The translations under genes were made by a program, and so were the position numbers. 64,000 nucleotides of DNA from Escherichia coli (GTDB taxonomy: Bacteria; Pseudomonadota; Gammaproteobacteria; Enterobacterales; Enterobacteriaceae): NCBI RefSeq assembly GCF_011045215.1, contig NZ_CP049201.1; one strand, given 5' to 3'. Positions within the stretch are counted from its first letter, which is position 1. Each line of letters opens with the position of its first letter. Positions 21,380 through 34,350 of this stretch are shown piece by piece. The notes under the pieces were generated by a model, which worked only from the letters and a program-made list of their open reading frames with translations, ran no database searches and had not been told where the DNA came from.

Positions 21380-22483
21380 GTGAATTTACTGACAGTGAGT
21401 ACTGATCTCATCAGTATTTTTTTATTCACGACACTGTTTCTGTTTTTTGCCCGTAAGGTGGCAAAAAAAGTCGGTTTAGTGGATAAACCAAACTTCCGCA
21501 AACGTCACCAGGGATTGATACCTCTCGTTGGGGGGATTTCGGTTTACGCAGGGATTTGCTTCACGTTCGGAATTGTCGATTACTATATTCCGCATGCATC
21601 TCTCTATCTCGCTTGTGCCGGTGTGCTTGTTTTCATTGGCGCGCTGGATGACCGTTTTGATATCAGCGTAAAAATCCGTGCCACCATACAGGCCGCTGTT
21701 GGCATTGTTATGATGGTGTTCGGCAAACTTTATCTCAGTAGCCTGGGTTATATCTTTGGCTCCTGGGAGATGGTGCTCGGACCGTTTGGTTACTTCCTGA
21801 CGCTATTTGCCGTCTGGGCGGCCATTAATGCGTTCAACATGGTTGATGGCATTGATGGCTTGCTGGGCGGGTTGTCCTGCGTCTCGTTTGCAGCAATCGG
21901 TATGATTTTGTGGTTCGACGGGCAAACCAGCCTCGCAATCTGGTGCTTTGCGATGATCGCCGCCATCCTGCCATACATCATGCTTAACCTTGGTATCCTG
22001 GGTCGCCGCTACAAAGTCTTTATGGGTGATGCGGGCAGTACGCTGATTGGTTTTACCGTGATCTGGATCCTGCTCGAAACGACCCAGGGTAAAACCCATC
22101 CCATCAGCCCGGTTACCGCTTTGTGGATAATCGCCATTCCGCTAATGGATATGGTGGCGATTATGTACCGTCGCCTGCGTAAAGGCATGAGCCCATTCTC
22201 TCCTGACCGTCAGCATATTCACCATTTGATCATGCGTGCCGGGTTTACTTCCCGCCAGGCGTTTGTGCTGATTACCCTTGCCGCAGCACTGCTCGCTTCC
22301 ATTGGCGTGCTGGCAGAATATTCTCATTTTGTCCCGGAGTGGGTCATGCTGGTGCTCTTTTTGCTAGCATTCTTCCTCTATGGATATTGCATTAAGCGTG
22401 CCTGGAAAGTTGCTCGCTTTATTAAGCGCGTAAAACGCAGACTGCGTAGAAATCGTGGTGGCAGCCCCAATTTAACTAAATAA
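21380..22483 (+). CDS. wecA: UDP-GlcNAc:undecaprenyl-phosphate GlcNAc-1-phosphate transferase
   Basis: 367 aa polytopic membrane protein, conserved WecA N-terminus. First gene of the ECA cluster. Confidence 0.9.
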   Translation: MNLLTVSTDLISIFLFTTLFLFFARKVAKKVGLVDKPNFRKRHQGLIPLVGGISVYAGICFTFGIVDYYIPHASLYLACAGVLVFIGALDDRFDISVKIRATIQAAVGIVMMVFGKLYLSSLGYIFGSWEMVLGPFGYFLTLFAVWAAINAFNMVDGIDGLLGGLSCVSFAAIGMILWFDGQTSLAIWCFAMIAAILPYIMLNLGILGRRYKVFMGDAGSTLIGFTVIWILLETTQGKTHPISPVTALWIIAIPLMDMVAIMYRRLRKGMSPFSPDRQHIHHLIMRAGFTSRQAFVLITLAAALLASIGVLAEYSHFVPEWVMLVLFLLAFFLYGYCIKRAWKVARFIKRVKRRLRRNRGGSPNLTK

Positions 22484-22494
22484 ATGAGGATGTG

Positions 22495-23541
22495 ATGACA
22501 CAACCAATGCCTGGGAAACCGGCCGAAGACGCTGAAAATGAACTGGATATTCGTGGGTTGTTTCGTACCTTGTGGGCTGGGAAGCTATGGATTATTGGCA
22601 TGGGGCTGGCGTTTGCGTTAATCGCGCTGGCGTATACGTTTTTTGCTCGTCAGGAGTGGAGCTCGACGGCGATTACCGATCGTCCAACGGTGAATATGCT
22701 GGGGGGATATTACTCGCAGCAGCAATTTTTGCGTAACCTGGATGTCCGTTCAAACATGGCTTCTGCCGACCAACCATCGGTCATGGACGAAGCCTATAAA
22801 GAGTTTGTTATGCAACTGGCCTCGTGGGATACCCGCAGAGAGTTCTGGCTGCAAACCGACTATTACAAGCAGCGGATGGTGGGCAACAGCAAAGCCGATG
22901 CGGCGTTGCTGGATGAAATGATTAACAACATCCAGTTTATCCCCGGAGACTTTACCCGCGCGGTCAATGACAGCGTGAAGCTTATTGCCGAAACCGCGCC
23001 TGACGCTAATAACCTGTTACGTCAGTATGTTGCTTTTGCCAGCCAGCGTGCAGCCAGCCATCTGAATGATGAGCTGAAAGGCGCATGGGCGGCACGCACC
23101 ATCCAGATGAAAGCTCAGGTGAAGCGTCAGGAAGAGGTGGCGAAAGCCATCTACGACCGCCGGATGAACAGCATTGAGCAGGCGCTGAAAATTGCTGAGC
23201 AGCATAATATTTCGCGCAGTGCGACAGATGTGCCTGCCGAGGAATTACCTGATTCAGAAATGTTCCTGCTTGGGCGTCCAATGCTCCAGGCTCGACTGGA
23301 AAATTTACAGGCCGTCGGTCCGGCCTTTGATCTCGACTATGATCAGAATCGGGCCATGTTAAACACCCTGAATGTTGGTCCAACCCTGGATCCGCGTTTT
23401 CAGACCTATCGCTATTTGCGTACGCCGGAAGAACCGGTAAAACGCGATAGCCCACGTCGTGCCTTCCTGATGATTATGTGGGGCATTGTCGGGGGGCTGA
23501 TCGGGGCTGGTGTCGCATTAACCCGCCGTTGCTCGAAATAG
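22495..23541 (+). CDS. wzzE: ECA polysaccharide chain-length modulator
   Basis: 348 aa, [24 protein letters not shown], Wzz topology. Confidence 0.9.
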   Translation: MTQPMPGKPAEDAENELDIRGLFRTLWAGKLWIIGMGLAFALIALAYTFFARQEWSSTAITDRPTVNMLGGYYSQQQFLRNLDVRSNMASADQPSVMDEAYKEFVMQLASWDTRREFWLQTDYYKQRMVGNSKADAALLDEMINNIQFIPGDFTRAVNDSVKLIAETAPDANNLLRQYVAFASQRAASHLNDELKGAWAARTIQMKAQVKRQEEVAKAIYDRRMNSIEQALKIAEQHNISRSATDVPAEELPDSEMFLLGRPMLQARLENLQAVGPAFDLDYDQNRAMLNTLNVGPTLDPRFQTYRYLRTPEEPVKRDSPRRAFLMIMWGIVGGLIGAGVALTRRCSK

Positions 23542-23596
23542 CAACACTGCTGCGGTGAGCGCAAAGGTGCTCGCCGCTTATTCGAAGAGAATCGAT

Positions 23597-24727
23597 GTGA
23601 AAGTACTGACTGTATTTGGTACGCGCCCGGAAGCCATCAAGATGGCTCCGTTGGTGCATGCGTTGGCAAAAGATCCTTTTTTTGAGGCTAAAGTTTGCGT
23701 CACTGCGCAGCATCGGGAGATGCTCGATCAGGTGCTGAAACTCTTTTCCATTGTACCTGACTACGATCTCAACATAATGCAGCCAGGACAGGGCCTGACA
23801 GAGATAACCTGTCGGATTCTGGAAGGGCTAAAACCTATTCTTGCCGAGTTCAAACCAGACGTCGTGCTGGTTCACGGCGACACAACGACGACGCTGGCAA
23901 CCAGCCTGGCGGCGTTTTATCAGCGTATTCCTGTTGGTCACGTTGAGGCTGGTCTGCGCACGGGCGATCTCTATTCGCCGTGGCCGGAAGAGGCTAACCG
24001 TACATTGACCGGGCATCTGGCGATGTATCACTTCTCTCCAACCGAAACTTCCCGGCAAAACTTGCTGCGTGAAAACGTTGCGGATAGCCGAATCTTCATT
24101 ACCGGTAATACAGTCATTGATGCACTGTTATGGGTGCGTGACCAGGTGATGAGCAGCGACACGCTGCGTTCAGAACTGGCGGCAAATTACCCGTTTATCG
24201 ACCCCGATAAAAAGATGATTCTGGTGACCGGTCACAGGCGTGAAAGCTTCGGTCGTGGCTTTGAAGAAATCTGCCATGCGCTGGCAGACATCGCCACCAC
24301 GCACCAGGACATCCAGATTGTCTATCCGGTGCATCTCAACCCGAACGTCAGAGAGCCGGTCAATCGCATTCTGGGGCATGTGAAAAATGTCATTCTGATC
24401 GATCCCCAGGAGTATTTACCGTTTGTCTGGCTGATGAACCACGCCTGGCTGATTTTGACCGACTCAGGCGGCATTCAGGAAGAAGCGCCTTCGCTGGGGA
24501 AACCGGTGCTGGTGATGCGCGATACCACTGAGCGTCCGGAAGCGGTGACGGCGGGTACGGTGCGTCTGGTAGGCACGGATAAGCAGCGAATTGTCGAGGA
24601 AGTGACGCGTCTTTTAAAAGACGAAAACGAATATCAAACTATGAGCCGCGCCCATAACCCGTATGGTGATGGTCAGGCATGCTCTCGCATTCTGGAAGCG
24701 TTAAAAAATAATCGGATATCACTATGA
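23597..24727 (+). CDS. wecB: UDP-N-acetylglucosamine 2-epimerase
   Basis: 376 aa from GTG giving (M)[19 protein letters not shown]. Confidence 0.9.
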   Translation: MKVLTVFGTRPEAIKMAPLVHALAKDPFFEAKVCVTAQHREMLDQVLKLFSIVPDYDLNIMQPGQGLTEITCRILEGLKPILAEFKPDVVLVHGDTTTTLATSLAAFYQRIPVGHVEAGLRTGDLYSPWPEEANRTLTGHLAMYHFSPTETSRQNLLRENVADSRIFITGNTVIDALLWVRDQVMSSDTLRSELAANYPFIDPDKKMILVTGHRRESFGRGFEEICHALADIATTHQDIQIVYPVHLNPNVREPVNRILGHVKNVILIDPQEYLPFVWLMNHAWLILTDSGGIQEEAPSLGKPVLVMRDTTERPEAVTAGTVRLVGTDKQRIVEEVTRLLKDENEYQTMSRAHNPYGDGQACSRILEALKNNRISL

Positions 24728-25986
24728 GTTTTGCGACCATTTCTGTTATCGGACTGGGTTACATCGGGCTGCCTACAGCAGCAGCGTTTGCCTCACGGCA
24801 AAAACAGGTGATTGGTGTCGATATCAACCAACACGCGGTTGATACCATCAATCGTGGCGAAATCCATATCGTCGAGCCTGATTTGGCGAGCGTAGTAAAA
24901 ACTGCCGTAGAAGGCGGTTTTTTACGAGCGAGCACGACGCCAGTTGAAGCGGATGCCTGGCTGATTGCTGTACCCACGCCGTTTAAAGGCGATCATGAGC
25001 CAGATATGACCTACGTTGAATCGGCTGCTCGCTCCATTGCGCCAGTGCTGAAAAAAGGCGCGCTGGTGATCCTTGAATCCACCTCGCCGGTGGGGTCAAC
25101 CGAGAAGATGGCAGAATGGTTAGCAGAGATGCGTCCGGATCTCACTTTCCCACAGCAGGTGGGCGAGTTGGCGGACGTCAACATTGCTTACTGCCCGGAA
25201 CGCGTGTTACCGGGCCAGGTTATGGTCGAGCTGATTAAAAACGATCGCGTGATTGGTGGTATGACGCCAGTTTGTTCGGCCCGCGCCAGCGAACTGTACA
25301 AAATTTTCCTCGAAGGTGAGTGTGTCGTCACTAACTCGCGGACGGCGGAAATGTGTAAGCTCACCGAAAACAGCTTCCGCGATGTGAATATCGCTTTTGC
25401 TAATGAATTGTCGCTGATTTGTGCCGATCAGGGGATTAACGTCTGGGAACTGATTCGCCTGGCGAATCGTCACCCTCGCGTTAATATTCTTCAGCCTGGC
25501 CCTGGCGTGGGCGGCCACTGCATCGCTGTTGATCCGTGGTTTATCGTGGCACAGAACCCGCAGCAGGCGCGGCTTATCCGTACCGCGCGCGAAGTGAACG
25601 ATCACAAACCGTTCTGGGTTATCGATCAAGTGAAAGCGGCGGTTGCCGACTGCCTTGCTGCTACCGATAAACGCGCCAGTGAACTGAAAATCGCCTGCTT
25701 TGGTCTGGCGTTTAAACCGAATATTGATGACCTGCGCGAAAGCCCGGCGATGGAAATCGCTGAACTAATCGCCCAGTGGCATAGCGGCGAAACGCTGGTT
25801 GTTGAGCCTAACATCCACCAGTTGCCGAAAAAACTGACCGGGCTTTGTACTCTGGCGCAGCTTGACGAGGCGCTGGCAACGGCAGATGTGCTGGTGATGC
25901 TGGTCGATCATAGTCAGTTCAAAGTTATCAATGGCGACAATGTCCATCAGCAGTATGTCGTCGATGCCAAAGGAGTCTGGCGCTGA
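24724..25986 (+). CDS. wecC: UDP-N-acetyl-D-mannosamine dehydrogenase
   Basis: 420 aa, NAD-binding GLGYIGLP motif, 4-bp overlap with wecB. Confidence 0.9.
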   Translation: MSFATISVIGLGYIGLPTAAAFASRQKQVIGVDINQHAVDTINRGEIHIVEPDLASVVKTAVEGGFLRASTTPVEADAWLIAVPTPFKGDHEPDMTYVESAARSIAPVLKKGALVILESTSPVGSTEKMAEWLAEMRPDLTFPQQVGELADVNIAYCPERVLPGQVMVELIKNDRVIGGMTPVCSARASELYKIFLEGECVVTNSRTAEMCKLTENSFRDVNIAFANELSLICADQGINVWELIRLANRHPRVNILQPGPGVGGHCIAVDPWFIVAQNPQQARLIRTAREVNDHKPFWVIDQVKAAVADCLAATDKRASELKIACFGLAFKPNIDDLRESPAMEIAELIAQWHSGETLVVEPNIHQLPKKLTGLCTLAQLDEALATADVLVMLVDHSQFKVINGDNVHQQYVVDAKGVWR

Positions 25987-27053
25987 TGAGAAAGATTCTG
26001 ATAACAGGTGGTGCCGGGTTTATTGGCTCGGCGCTGGTGCGTTATATCATCAACGAAACGAGCGATGCGGTGGTAGTGGTCGATAAGCTGACCTACGCCG
26101 GAAACCTGATGTCGCTGGCACCGGTCGCGCAAAGCGAGCGCTTTGCCTTTGAGAAAGTTGATATCTGCGATCGGGCAGAACTGGCGCGCGTATTCACTGA
26201 GCATCAGCCAGACTGTGTCATGCATCTGGCAGCCGAAAGCCATGTTGACCGTTCTATTGACGGCCCGGCAGCGTTTATTGAAACCAACATTGTCGGGACT
26301 TATACATTGCTTGAAGCGGCGCGGGCTTACTGGAATGCGCTGACGGAAGATAAAAAATCAGCGTTCCGTTTTCATCATATCTCCACTGACGAAGTATATG
26401 GTGACCTGCACTCGACGGATGATTTCTTTACCGAAACCACGCCGTATGCGCCGAGCAGCCCTTATTCCGCGTCAAAAGCCAGCAGCGACCATCTGGTGCG
26501 CGCCTGGCTGCGGACCTATGGTCTGCCGACGCTTATCACCAACTGCTCGAATAACTACGGCCCTTACCACTTTCCGGAAAAACTGATCCCGCTGATGATC
26601 CTCAACGCGCTGGCGGGTAAATCGCTGCCGGTATATGGCAACGGGCAGCAAATCCGTGACTGGCTGTATGTTGAAGATCACGCCCGCGCGCTGTATTGCG
26701 TGGCGACCACCGGGAAAGTCGGTGAAACCTATAATATCGGTGGTCACAACGAGCGTAAGAATCTCGATGTTGTGGAAACCATTTGCGAGCTGCTGGAAGA
26801 ACTGGCTCCGAACAAGCCGCACGGCGTGGTGCACTATCGTGACTTGATCACCTTTGTCGCTGACCGTCCGGGGCATGATCTGCGTTATGCCATTGATGCT
26901 TCGAAAATTGCCCGTGAACTTGGCTGGTTGCCGCAGGAAACCTTTGAAAGTGGAATGCGTAAAACGGTTCAGTGGTATCTGGCTAATGAAAGCTGGTGGA
27001 AGCAGGTGCAGGACGGCAGCTATCAGGGCGAGCGTTTAGGTCTGAAAGGCTAA
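25986..27053 (+). CDS. rffG: dTDP-glucose 4,6-dehydratase
   Basis: 355 aa, [23 protein letters not shown]-extended family. Confidence 0.9.
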   Translation: MRKILITGGAGFIGSALVRYIINETSDAVVVVDKLTYAGNLMSLAPVAQSERFAFEKVDICDRAELARVFTEHQPDCVMHLAAESHVDRSIDGPAAFIETNIVGTYTLLEAARAYWNALTEDKKSAFRFHHISTDEVYGDLHSTDDFFTETTPYAPSSPYSASKASSDHLVRAWLRTYGLPTLITNCSNNYGPYHFPEKLIPLMILNALAGKSLPVYGNGQQIRDWLYVEDHARALYCVATTGKVGETYNIGGHNERKNLDVVETICELLEELAPNKPHGVVHYRDLITFVADRPGHDLRYAIDASKIARELGWLPQETFESGMRKTVQWYLANESWWKQVQDGSYQGERLGLKG

Positions 27054-27071
27054 TTTTCAGCGGAGGCAAAC

Positions 27072-27953
27072 ATGAAAGGTATTATCCTGGCGGGCGGTTC
27101 CGGCACCCGATTGCATCCGATTACGCGCGGCGTATCGAAGCAACTGTTGCCGATTTACGATAAGCCAATGATTTACTATCCGCTGTCGGTGCTGATGCTG
27201 GCCGGTATCCGCGAAATTCTCATCATCACTACGCCGGAAGATAAAGGTTATTTCCAGCGCCTGCTGGGCGATGGTAGTGAGTTCGGTATCCAGCTGGAAT
27301 ATTCCGAACAGCCCAGTCCGGACGGTCTGGCGCAGGCCTTTATCATCGGTGAAACCTTCCTTAATGGTGAACCTTCTTGTCTGGTGCTGGGCGATAACAT
27401 CTTCTTCGGTCAGGGCTTCAGTCCGAAGCTGCGTCATGTTGCGGCGCGCACGGAAGGGGCGACGGTTTTTGGCTATCAGGTGATGGACCCGGAACGCTTT
27501 GGCGTGGTGGAGTTTGACGACAATTTCCGCGCTATCTCGCTGGAAGAAAAACCAAAACAGCCGAAATCAAACTGGGCGGTGACCGGGCTTTATTTCTACG
27601 ACAGTAAAGTCGTGGAGTACGCAAAGCAGGTGAAGCCGTCGGAGCGTGGTGAACTGGAGATTACCTCCATCAACCAGATGTACCTCGAGGCGGGCAACCT
27701 GACCGTTGAACTGCTCGGGCGCGGATTTGCCTGGCTGGACACTGGCACTCACGACAGCCTGATTGAAGCCAGTACCTTTGTGCAGACAGTAGAAAAACGC
27801 CAGGGCTTTAAGATTGCCTGCCTGGAAGAGATCGCCTGGCGTAACGGCTGGCTCGATGACGAGGGTGTGAAGCGTGCTGCCAGTTCATTAGCGAAAACTG
27901 GCTACGGCCAATATCTGCTGGAGTTACTTCGTGCCCGTCCGCGCCAGTATTGA
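27072..27953 (+). CDS. rffH: Glucose-1-phosphate thymidylyltransferase
   Basis: 293 aa, [18 protein letters not shown]. Confidence 0.9.
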
Positions 27954-28605
27954 GCCACTAACCTGGGAAAACGCCTTCTTTGGTGTTAACAGCGCCATCG
28001 TGCGCATTACGTCTGAAGCACCGCTCCTGACGCCAGACGCGTTAGCGCCGTGGTCACGGGTGCAGGCCAAAATTGCGGCATCAAATACGGGTGAACTGGA
28101 TGCCCTGCAACAGCTGGGATTCTCCCTGGTAGAAGGTGAAGTTGATTTGGCGCTACCCGTGAACAATGCCAGTGATAGCGGTGCTGTAGTGGCACAAGAG
28201 ACCGATATTCCCGCATTACGTCAGTTAGCCAGCGCCGCATTTGCGCAAAGCCGTTTTCGTGCGCCGTGGTATGCGCCTGACGCCAGCAGTCGCTTTTATG
28301 CACAGTGGATTGAAAATGCCGTGCGCGGCACCTTTGATCATCAATGTCTGATTTTACGTGCGGCGTCCGGCGATATTCGCGGCTATGTCTCTTTACGGGA
28401 ACTCAATGCGACAGATGCGCGAATTGGCCTGCTGGCTGGACGCGGTGCAGGTGCTGAGCTGATGCAAACGGCGCTAAACTGGGCGTATGCTCGCGGTAAA
28501 ACAACTTTGCGGGTGGCGACCCAAATGGGCAACACCGCCGCGCTTAAACGATACATACAAAGTGGTGCGAATGTAGAAAGCACCGCGTACTGGTTATACA
28601 GGTGA
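27931..28605 (+). CDS. wecD: dTDP-fucosamine acetyltransferase (GNAT)
   Basis: 224-aa ORF in the conserved position; the exact start is uncertain. Confidence 0.8.
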
Positions 28606-28609
28606 TCAC

Positions 28610-29740
28610 ATGATTCCATTTAACGCACCGCCGGTGGTGGGAACCGAACTCGACTATATGCAGTCGGCAATGGGTAGCGGCAAACTGTGTGGCGATGGCG
28701 GTTTTACCCGTCGCTGCCAGCAGTGGCTGGAGCAACGTTTTGGCAGCGCCAAAGTGTTACTGACGCCGTCCTGCACCGCTTCGCTGGAGATGGCGGCGCT
28801 GCTGCTCGATATCCAGCCTGGCGATGAAGTGATCATGCCGAGCTACACCTTTGTCTCCACCGCCAATGCCTTTGTGCTGCGTGGCGCGAAAATCGTCTTT
28901 GTGGATGTTCGCCCGGACACCATGAATATCGACGAAACGCTGATTGAAGCGGCGATCACCGACAAAACGCGCGTTATCGTGCCTGTGCATTACGCGGGCG
29001 TGGCCTGCGAAATGGACACCATTATGGCGTTGGCGAAAAAGCATAATCTGTTTGTGGTGGAAGATGCCGCTCAGGGCGTGATGTCCACTTACAAAGGGCG
29101 TGCACTGGGAACCATTGGTCATATTGGCTGCTTTAGCTTCCATGAAACCAAAAACTACACGGCGGGCGGTGAAGGCGGCGCGACGCTGATTAACGATAAA
29201 GCGTTAATCGAACGAGCCGAGATCATCCGTGAAAAGGGCACTAACCGCAGCCAGTTCTTCCGTGGTCAGGTCGATAAATATACCTGGCGCGATATTGGCT
29301 CCAGCTATTTGATGTCCGATCTGCAAGCTGCGTACCTGTGGGCGCAACTGGAAGCAGCGGATCGTATCAACCAGCAACGTCTGGCGCTGTGGCAAAACTA
29401 CTACGATGCGTTAGCGCCTCTGGCGAAAGCCGGGCGTATCGAGCTGCCGTCGATTCCCGATGGCTGCGTGCAGAACGCGCATATGTTCTACATTAAACTG
29501 CGGGATATTGATGACCGGAGCGCGTTGATTAACTTTCTGAAAGAAGCGGAAATCATGGCGGTGTTCCATTACATTCCGCTGCACGGTTGCCCTGCGGGGG
29601 AACGCTTTGGTGAGTTCCACGGTGAAGATCGCTACACCACCAAAGAGAGCGAGCGCCTGCTGCGCCTGCCGCTGTTCTACAACCTGTCGCCCGTCAATCA
29701 GCGTACGGTAATTGCGACTTTGTTGAACTACTTTTCCTGA
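28610..29740 (+). CDS. wecE: dTDP-4-amino-4,6-dideoxygalactose transaminase
   Basis: 376 aa, DegT/DnrJ/EryC1 aminotransferase features. Confidence 0.9.
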   Translation: MIPFNAPPVVGTELDYMQSAMGSGKLCGDGGFTRRCQQWLEQRFGSAKVLLTPSCTASLEMAALLLDIQPGDEVIMPSYTFVSTANAFVLRGAKIVFVDVRPDTMNIDETLIEAAITDKTRVIVPVHYAGVACEMDTIMALAKKHNLFVVEDAAQGVMSTYKGRALGTIGHIGCFSFHETKNYTAGGEGGATLINDKALIERAEIIREKGTNRSQFFRGQVDKYTWRDIGSSYLMSDLQAAYLWAQLEAADRINQQRLALWQNYYDALAPLAKAGRIELPSIPDGCVQNAHMFYIKLRDIDDRSALINFLKEAEIMAVFHYIPLHGCPAGERFGEFHGEDRYTTKESERLLRLPLFYNLSPVNQRTVIATLLNYFS

Positions 29741-29741
29741 T

Positions 29742-30992
29742 ATGTCGTTGGCAAAAGCGTCCTTGTGGACGGCGGCCAGTACACTGGTCAAGATTGGTGC
29801 CGGGTTACTGGTCGGTAAGTTGCTGGCGGTGTCATTTGGTCCTGCGGGGCTTGGGCTGGCGGCAAATTTCCGCCAGTTGATTACCGTGCTCGGCGTGCTT
29901 GCCGGGGCTGGCATCTTTAACGGTGTAACCAAATACGTTGCCCAGTACCATGATAATCCCCAACAGCTGCGCCGCGTGGTCGGCACTTCATCAGCGATGG
30001 TACTTGGCTTCTCTACGCTGATGGCGCTGGTTTTTGTGCTGGCAGCTGCGCCAATCAGCCAGGGATTGTTTGGTAATACCGACTATCAGGGGCTGGTGCG
30101 TTTAGTGGCGCTGGTGCAAATGGGGATCGCCTGGGGCAACCTGTTACTGGCGCTGATGAAAGGCTTTCGCGATGCCGCAGGTAATGCGTTATCGCTGATT
30201 GTCGGCAGCTTGATTGGCGTTCTCGCGTACTACGTCAGTTACCGTTTGGGCGGTTATGAAGGGGCGTTGCTGGGTCTGGCGCTGATTCCCGCGCTGGTGG
30301 TCATTCCTGCCGCCATCATGTTGATCAAACGTGGTGTCATCCCGTTAAGCTATCTGAAACCCAGCTGGGATAACGGTCTGGCAGGGCAGTTGAGCAAATT
30401 TACGCTCATGGCGTTGATTACGTCGGTGACTTTGCCTGTTGCTTACATCATGATGCGCAAACTGCTGGCAGCGCAGTATAGCTGGGATGAGGTGGGGATC
30501 TGGCAAGGGGTGAGCAGTATTTCCGATGCCTACCTGCAATTTATTACGGCATCGTTCAGCGTATATTTGCTGCCCACGTTGTCGCGGCTAACGGAAAAGC
30601 GCGATATCACCCGGGAAGTGGTTAAATCGCTGAAATTCGTCTTACCGGCAGTGGCGGCGGCGAGTTTTACCGTCTGGTTGCTGCGTGATTTTGCTATCTG
30701 GCTGCTGTTGTCGAATAAATTTACCGCTATGCGCGATCTCTTTGCCTGGCAGTTAGTGGGTGATGTGTTAAAAGTGGGCGCTTATGTCTTTGGTTATCTG
30801 GTGATCGCCAAAGCGTCACTGCGGTTTTATATTCTGGCGGAAGTCAGCCAGTTCACTTTATTGATGGTATTTGCCCACTGGCTAATCCCTGCGCATGGTG
30901 CACTGGGCGCGGCGCAGGCATATATGGCAACTTATATCGTCTATTTTTCTCTTTGTTGTGGCGTGTTTTTACTCTGGCGTAGGCGGGCATGA
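29742..30992 (+). CDS. wzxE: ECA lipid III flippase
   Basis: 416 aa polytopic membrane protein, conserved position. Confidence 0.9.
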   Translation: MSLAKASLWTAASTLVKIGAGLLVGKLLAVSFGPAGLGLAANFRQLITVLGVLAGAGIFNGVTKYVAQYHDNPQQLRRVVGTSSAMVLGFSTLMALVFVLAAAPISQGLFGNTDYQGLVRLVALVQMGIAWGNLLLALMKGFRDAAGNALSLIVGSLIGVLAYYVSYRLGGYEGALLGLALIPALVVIPAAIMLIKRGVIPLSYLKPSWDNGLAGQLSKFTLMALITSVTLPVAYIMMRKLLAAQYSWDEVGIWQGVSSISDAYLQFITASFSVYLLPTLSRLTEKRDITREVVKSLKFVLPAVAAASFTVWLLRDFAIWLLLSNKFTAMRDLFAWQLVGDVLKVGAYVFGYLVIAKASLRFYILAEVSQFTLLMVFAHWLIPAHGALGAAQAYMATYIVYFSLCCGVFLLWRRRA

Positions 30993-32068
30993 CTGTACTG
31001 ATTCACGTACTGGGATCGGATATCCCTCACCATAACCGAACCGTTTTGCGGTTTTTCAATGACGCACTGGCCGCGACGAGCGAGCACGCGCGCGAGTTTA
31101 TGGTTGTTGGCAAGGACGACGGCTTAAGTGATAGCTGTCCGGCGCTTTCTGTGCAATTTTTCCCTGGGAAAAAATCGCTGGCGGAAGCGGTCATCGCGAA
31201 AGCAAAAGCTAACCGTCAGCAGCGTTTTTTCTTCCACGGTCAGTTCAATCCCACACTGTGGCTGGCTCTGCTGAGTGGTGGCATTAAGCCCAGCCAGTTT
31301 TTCTGGCATATCTGGGGGGCAGACCTGTATGAGCTTTCCAGTGGCTTGAGATATAAGCTTTTTTACCCGCTACGTCGCCTGGCGCAAAAGCGAGTCGGCT
31401 GTGTATTTGCCACCCGCGGCGATTTGAGCTTTTTTGCCAAAACGCATCCAAAGGTGCGGGGCGAACTGCTGTACTTCCCGACGCGGATGGACCCTTCTCT
31501 CAATACGATGGCGAACGATCGGCAACGTGAAGGGAAAATGACCATTCTGGTGGGGAACTCCGGTGACCGCAGCAATGACCATATTGCTGCCTTGTGCGCC
31601 GTTCATCAGCAATTTGGCGACACGGTAAAAGTGGTGGTGCCGATGGGATATCCGCCTAATAACGAAGCGTACATTGAGGAAGTTCGTCAGGCGGGGCTGG
31701 AGTTATTCAGCGAAGAAAATCTGCAAGTTCTGAGCGAAAAACTGGAATTTGACGCCTATCTGGCGCTACTTCGTCAGTGCGCTCTCGGTTACTTTATTTT
31801 TGCCCGCCAGCAGGGCATTGGTACGCTGTGCTTACTGATTCAGGCGGGCATTCCTTGTGTGCTTAACCGGGAAAATCCGTTCTGGCAGGATATGACGGAA
31901 CAGCATTTGCCGGTGCTGTTTACTACCGACGATCTCAACGAGGATATTGTGCGTGAAGCGCAGCGCCAGTTGGCGTCGGTGGATAAAAACACCATTGCCT
32001 TCTTTAGCCCTAACTATCTACAAGGCTGGCAGCGGGCGTTGGCGATTGCCGCCGGGGAGGTCGCATGA
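30989..32068 (+). CDS. wecF: TDP-N-acetylfucosamine:lipid II N-acetylfucosaminyltransferase
   Basis: 359 aa, overlaps wzxE stop, conserved position. Confidence 0.9.
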
Positions 32069-33417
32069 GTCTGCTGCAATTCAGTGGCCTGTTTGTGGTC
32101 TGGCTGCTCTGCACGCTGTTTATTGCCACGCTGACCTGGTTTGAGTTTCGCCGTGTGCGCTTTAACTTCAATGTCTTCTTTTCATTGCTGTTTTTGCTCA
32201 CCTTTTTCTTCGGCTTCCCGCTGACCAGCGTGCTGGTATTTCGCTTTGATGTTGGTGTCGCGCCGCCAGAAATCTTGTTGCAGGCGTTGCTTTCTGCGGG
32301 CTGCTTCTACGCGGTTTACTATGTCACCTACAAAACCCGCCTACGCAAACGCGTTGCTGATGTACCGCGCCGTCCGCTGTTTACCATGAACCGCGTGGAG
32401 ACCAATCTTACGTGGGTGATCCTGATGGGCATCGCGCTGGTAAGCGTCGGCATCTTCTTCATGCACAACGGCTTTTTGCTGTTCCGGCTTAACTCCTACA
32501 GTCAGATCTTCTCCAGTGAAGTCTCCGGCGTGGCGTTAAAACGCTTCTTTTACTTTTTCATTCCGGCGATGCTGGTGGTCTACTTTCTGCGCCAGGATAG
32601 CAAAGCGTGGCTGTTTTTCCTCGTCAGCACGGTCGCCTTTGGCTTGCTGACTTATATGATTGTCGGCGGCACTCGCGCCAATATCATCATCGCATTCGCT
32701 ATCTTCCTGTTTATTGGCATTATTCGCGGCTGGATTTCGTTGTGGATGCTGGCGGCGGCGGGCGTGCTGGGGATTGTGGGCATGTTCTGGCTGGCGCTAA
32801 AACGCTATGGAATGAATGTGAGCGGCGATGAAGCGTTCTATACGTTTCTCTATCTCACTCGCGACACCTTCTCGCCGTGGGAGAATCTGGCGTTGCTGTT
32901 GCAGAACTACGACAACATCGACTTCCAGGGCCTGGCTCCAATTGTCCGCGATTTCTATGTCTTTATCCCTTCCTGGCTGTGGCCGGGTCGCCCGAGTATG
33001 GTGCTGAACTCAGCTAACTACTTTACCTGGGAAGTGCTGAATAACCACTCCGGACTGGCGATCTCGCCTACGCTTATAGGCTCACTGGTTGTTATGGGCG
33101 GCGCGTTGTTCATCCCGCTCGGGGCGATTGTTGTTGGCCTGATCATCAAATGGTTCGACTGGCTGTATGAGCTGGGCAACCGCGAGACTAATCGCTATAA
33201 GGCTGCGATATTGCACAGTTTCTGCTTTGGGGCGATCTTCAATATGATCGTGCTGGCACGTGAAGGGCTGGATTCGTTTGTCTCACGCGTAGTCTTTTTT
33301 ATCGTGGTCTTCGGCGCATGTCTGATGATCGCAAAACTGCTGTACTGGCTTTTTGAAAGCGCCGGACTCATTCATAAACGTACAAAATCATCGCTCCGGA
33401 CGCAGGTTGAAGGATAA
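32065..33417 (+). CDS. wzyE: ECA polymerase
   Basis: 450 aa polytopic membrane protein, overlaps wecF stop. Confidence 0.9.
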
Positions 33418-33419
33418 CA

Positions 33420-34160
33420 ATGAATAACAACACCACGGCACCGACCTATACGCTGCGTGGCTTACAGTTGATTGGTTGGCGTGATATGCAGCACGCCCTC
33501 GATTATCTGTTTGCTGACGGGCATCTTAAGCAGGGAACGCTGGTTGCCATTAATGCCGAAAAAATGCTGACCATTGAAGATAATGCTGAGGTCAGGGAGC
33601 TAATTAACGCTGCCGAATTTAAATATGCGGATGGCATCAGCGTTGTACGTTCAGTACGTAAAAAGTACCCGCAGGCGCAGGTTTCCCGCGTTGCCGGTGC
33701 CGATCTCTGGGAAGAGCTGATGGCGCGCGCAGGCAAAGAAGGGACGCCGGTATTTCTTGTGGGCGGTAAACCTGAAGTGCTGGCGCAAACTGAAGCTAAA
33801 CTGCGCAACCAATGGAATGTGAATATCGTTGGCAGTCAGGATGGTTATTTTAAACCCGAGCAGCGTCAGGCGCTGTTTGAACGCATTCATGCCAGCGGAG
33901 CGCAAATCGTCACCGTTGCGATGGGATCGCCAAAGCAGGAGATCTTCATGCGCGACTGCCGTCTGGTGCATCCAGATGCGCTGTATATGGGCGTTGGCGG
34001 GACTTACGATGTTTTCACCGGTCACGTAAAACGCGCACCGAAAATCTGGCAAACGCTGGGACTGGAGTGGCTCTACCGCCTGCTTTCGCAGCCGAGCCGC
34101 ATTAAGCGTCAGCTTCGTTTGCTGCGTTATTTACGCTGGCACTACACCGGCAACCTCTGA
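33420..34160 (+). CDS. wecG: UDP-N-acetyl-D-mannosaminuronic acid transferase
   Basis: 246 aa, last gene of the ECA cluster. Confidence 0.9.
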   Translation: MNNNTTAPTYTLRGLQLIGWRDMQHALDYLFADGHLKQGTLVAINAEKMLTIEDNAEVRELINAAEFKYADGISVVRSVRKKYPQAQVSRVAGADLWEELMARAGKEGTPVFLVGGKPEVLAQTEAKLRNQWNVNIVGSQDGYFKPEQRQALFERIHASGAQIVTVAMGSPKQEIFMRDCRLVHPDALYMGVGGTYDVFTGHVKRAPKIWQTLGLEWLYRLLSQPSRIKRQLRLLRYLRWHYTGNL

Positions 34161-34178
34161 TTTTCCTCTCTTTGTAAA

Positions 34179-34216
34179 GCGACGGAGTGGTCACTTCGTC
34201 GCCTGTCTGCTTTTTT
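34179..34216 (+). terminator. Possible terminator after wecG
   Basis: Imperfect hairpin GCGACGGAGTG..CACTTCGTCGC followed a few nt later by a T-run. Weak. Confidence 0.4.
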
Positions 34217-34350
34217 ATTACACAAAGCATTCAAATTTTTAATGCTTTATTTGCCATTTCTCCTGAATTACGAAAACATTCGCAACACTCGATGTACCCA
34301 TAACGATAACCGGTAACACCGGAAAGCATGCAAACACAACACGAGGATTT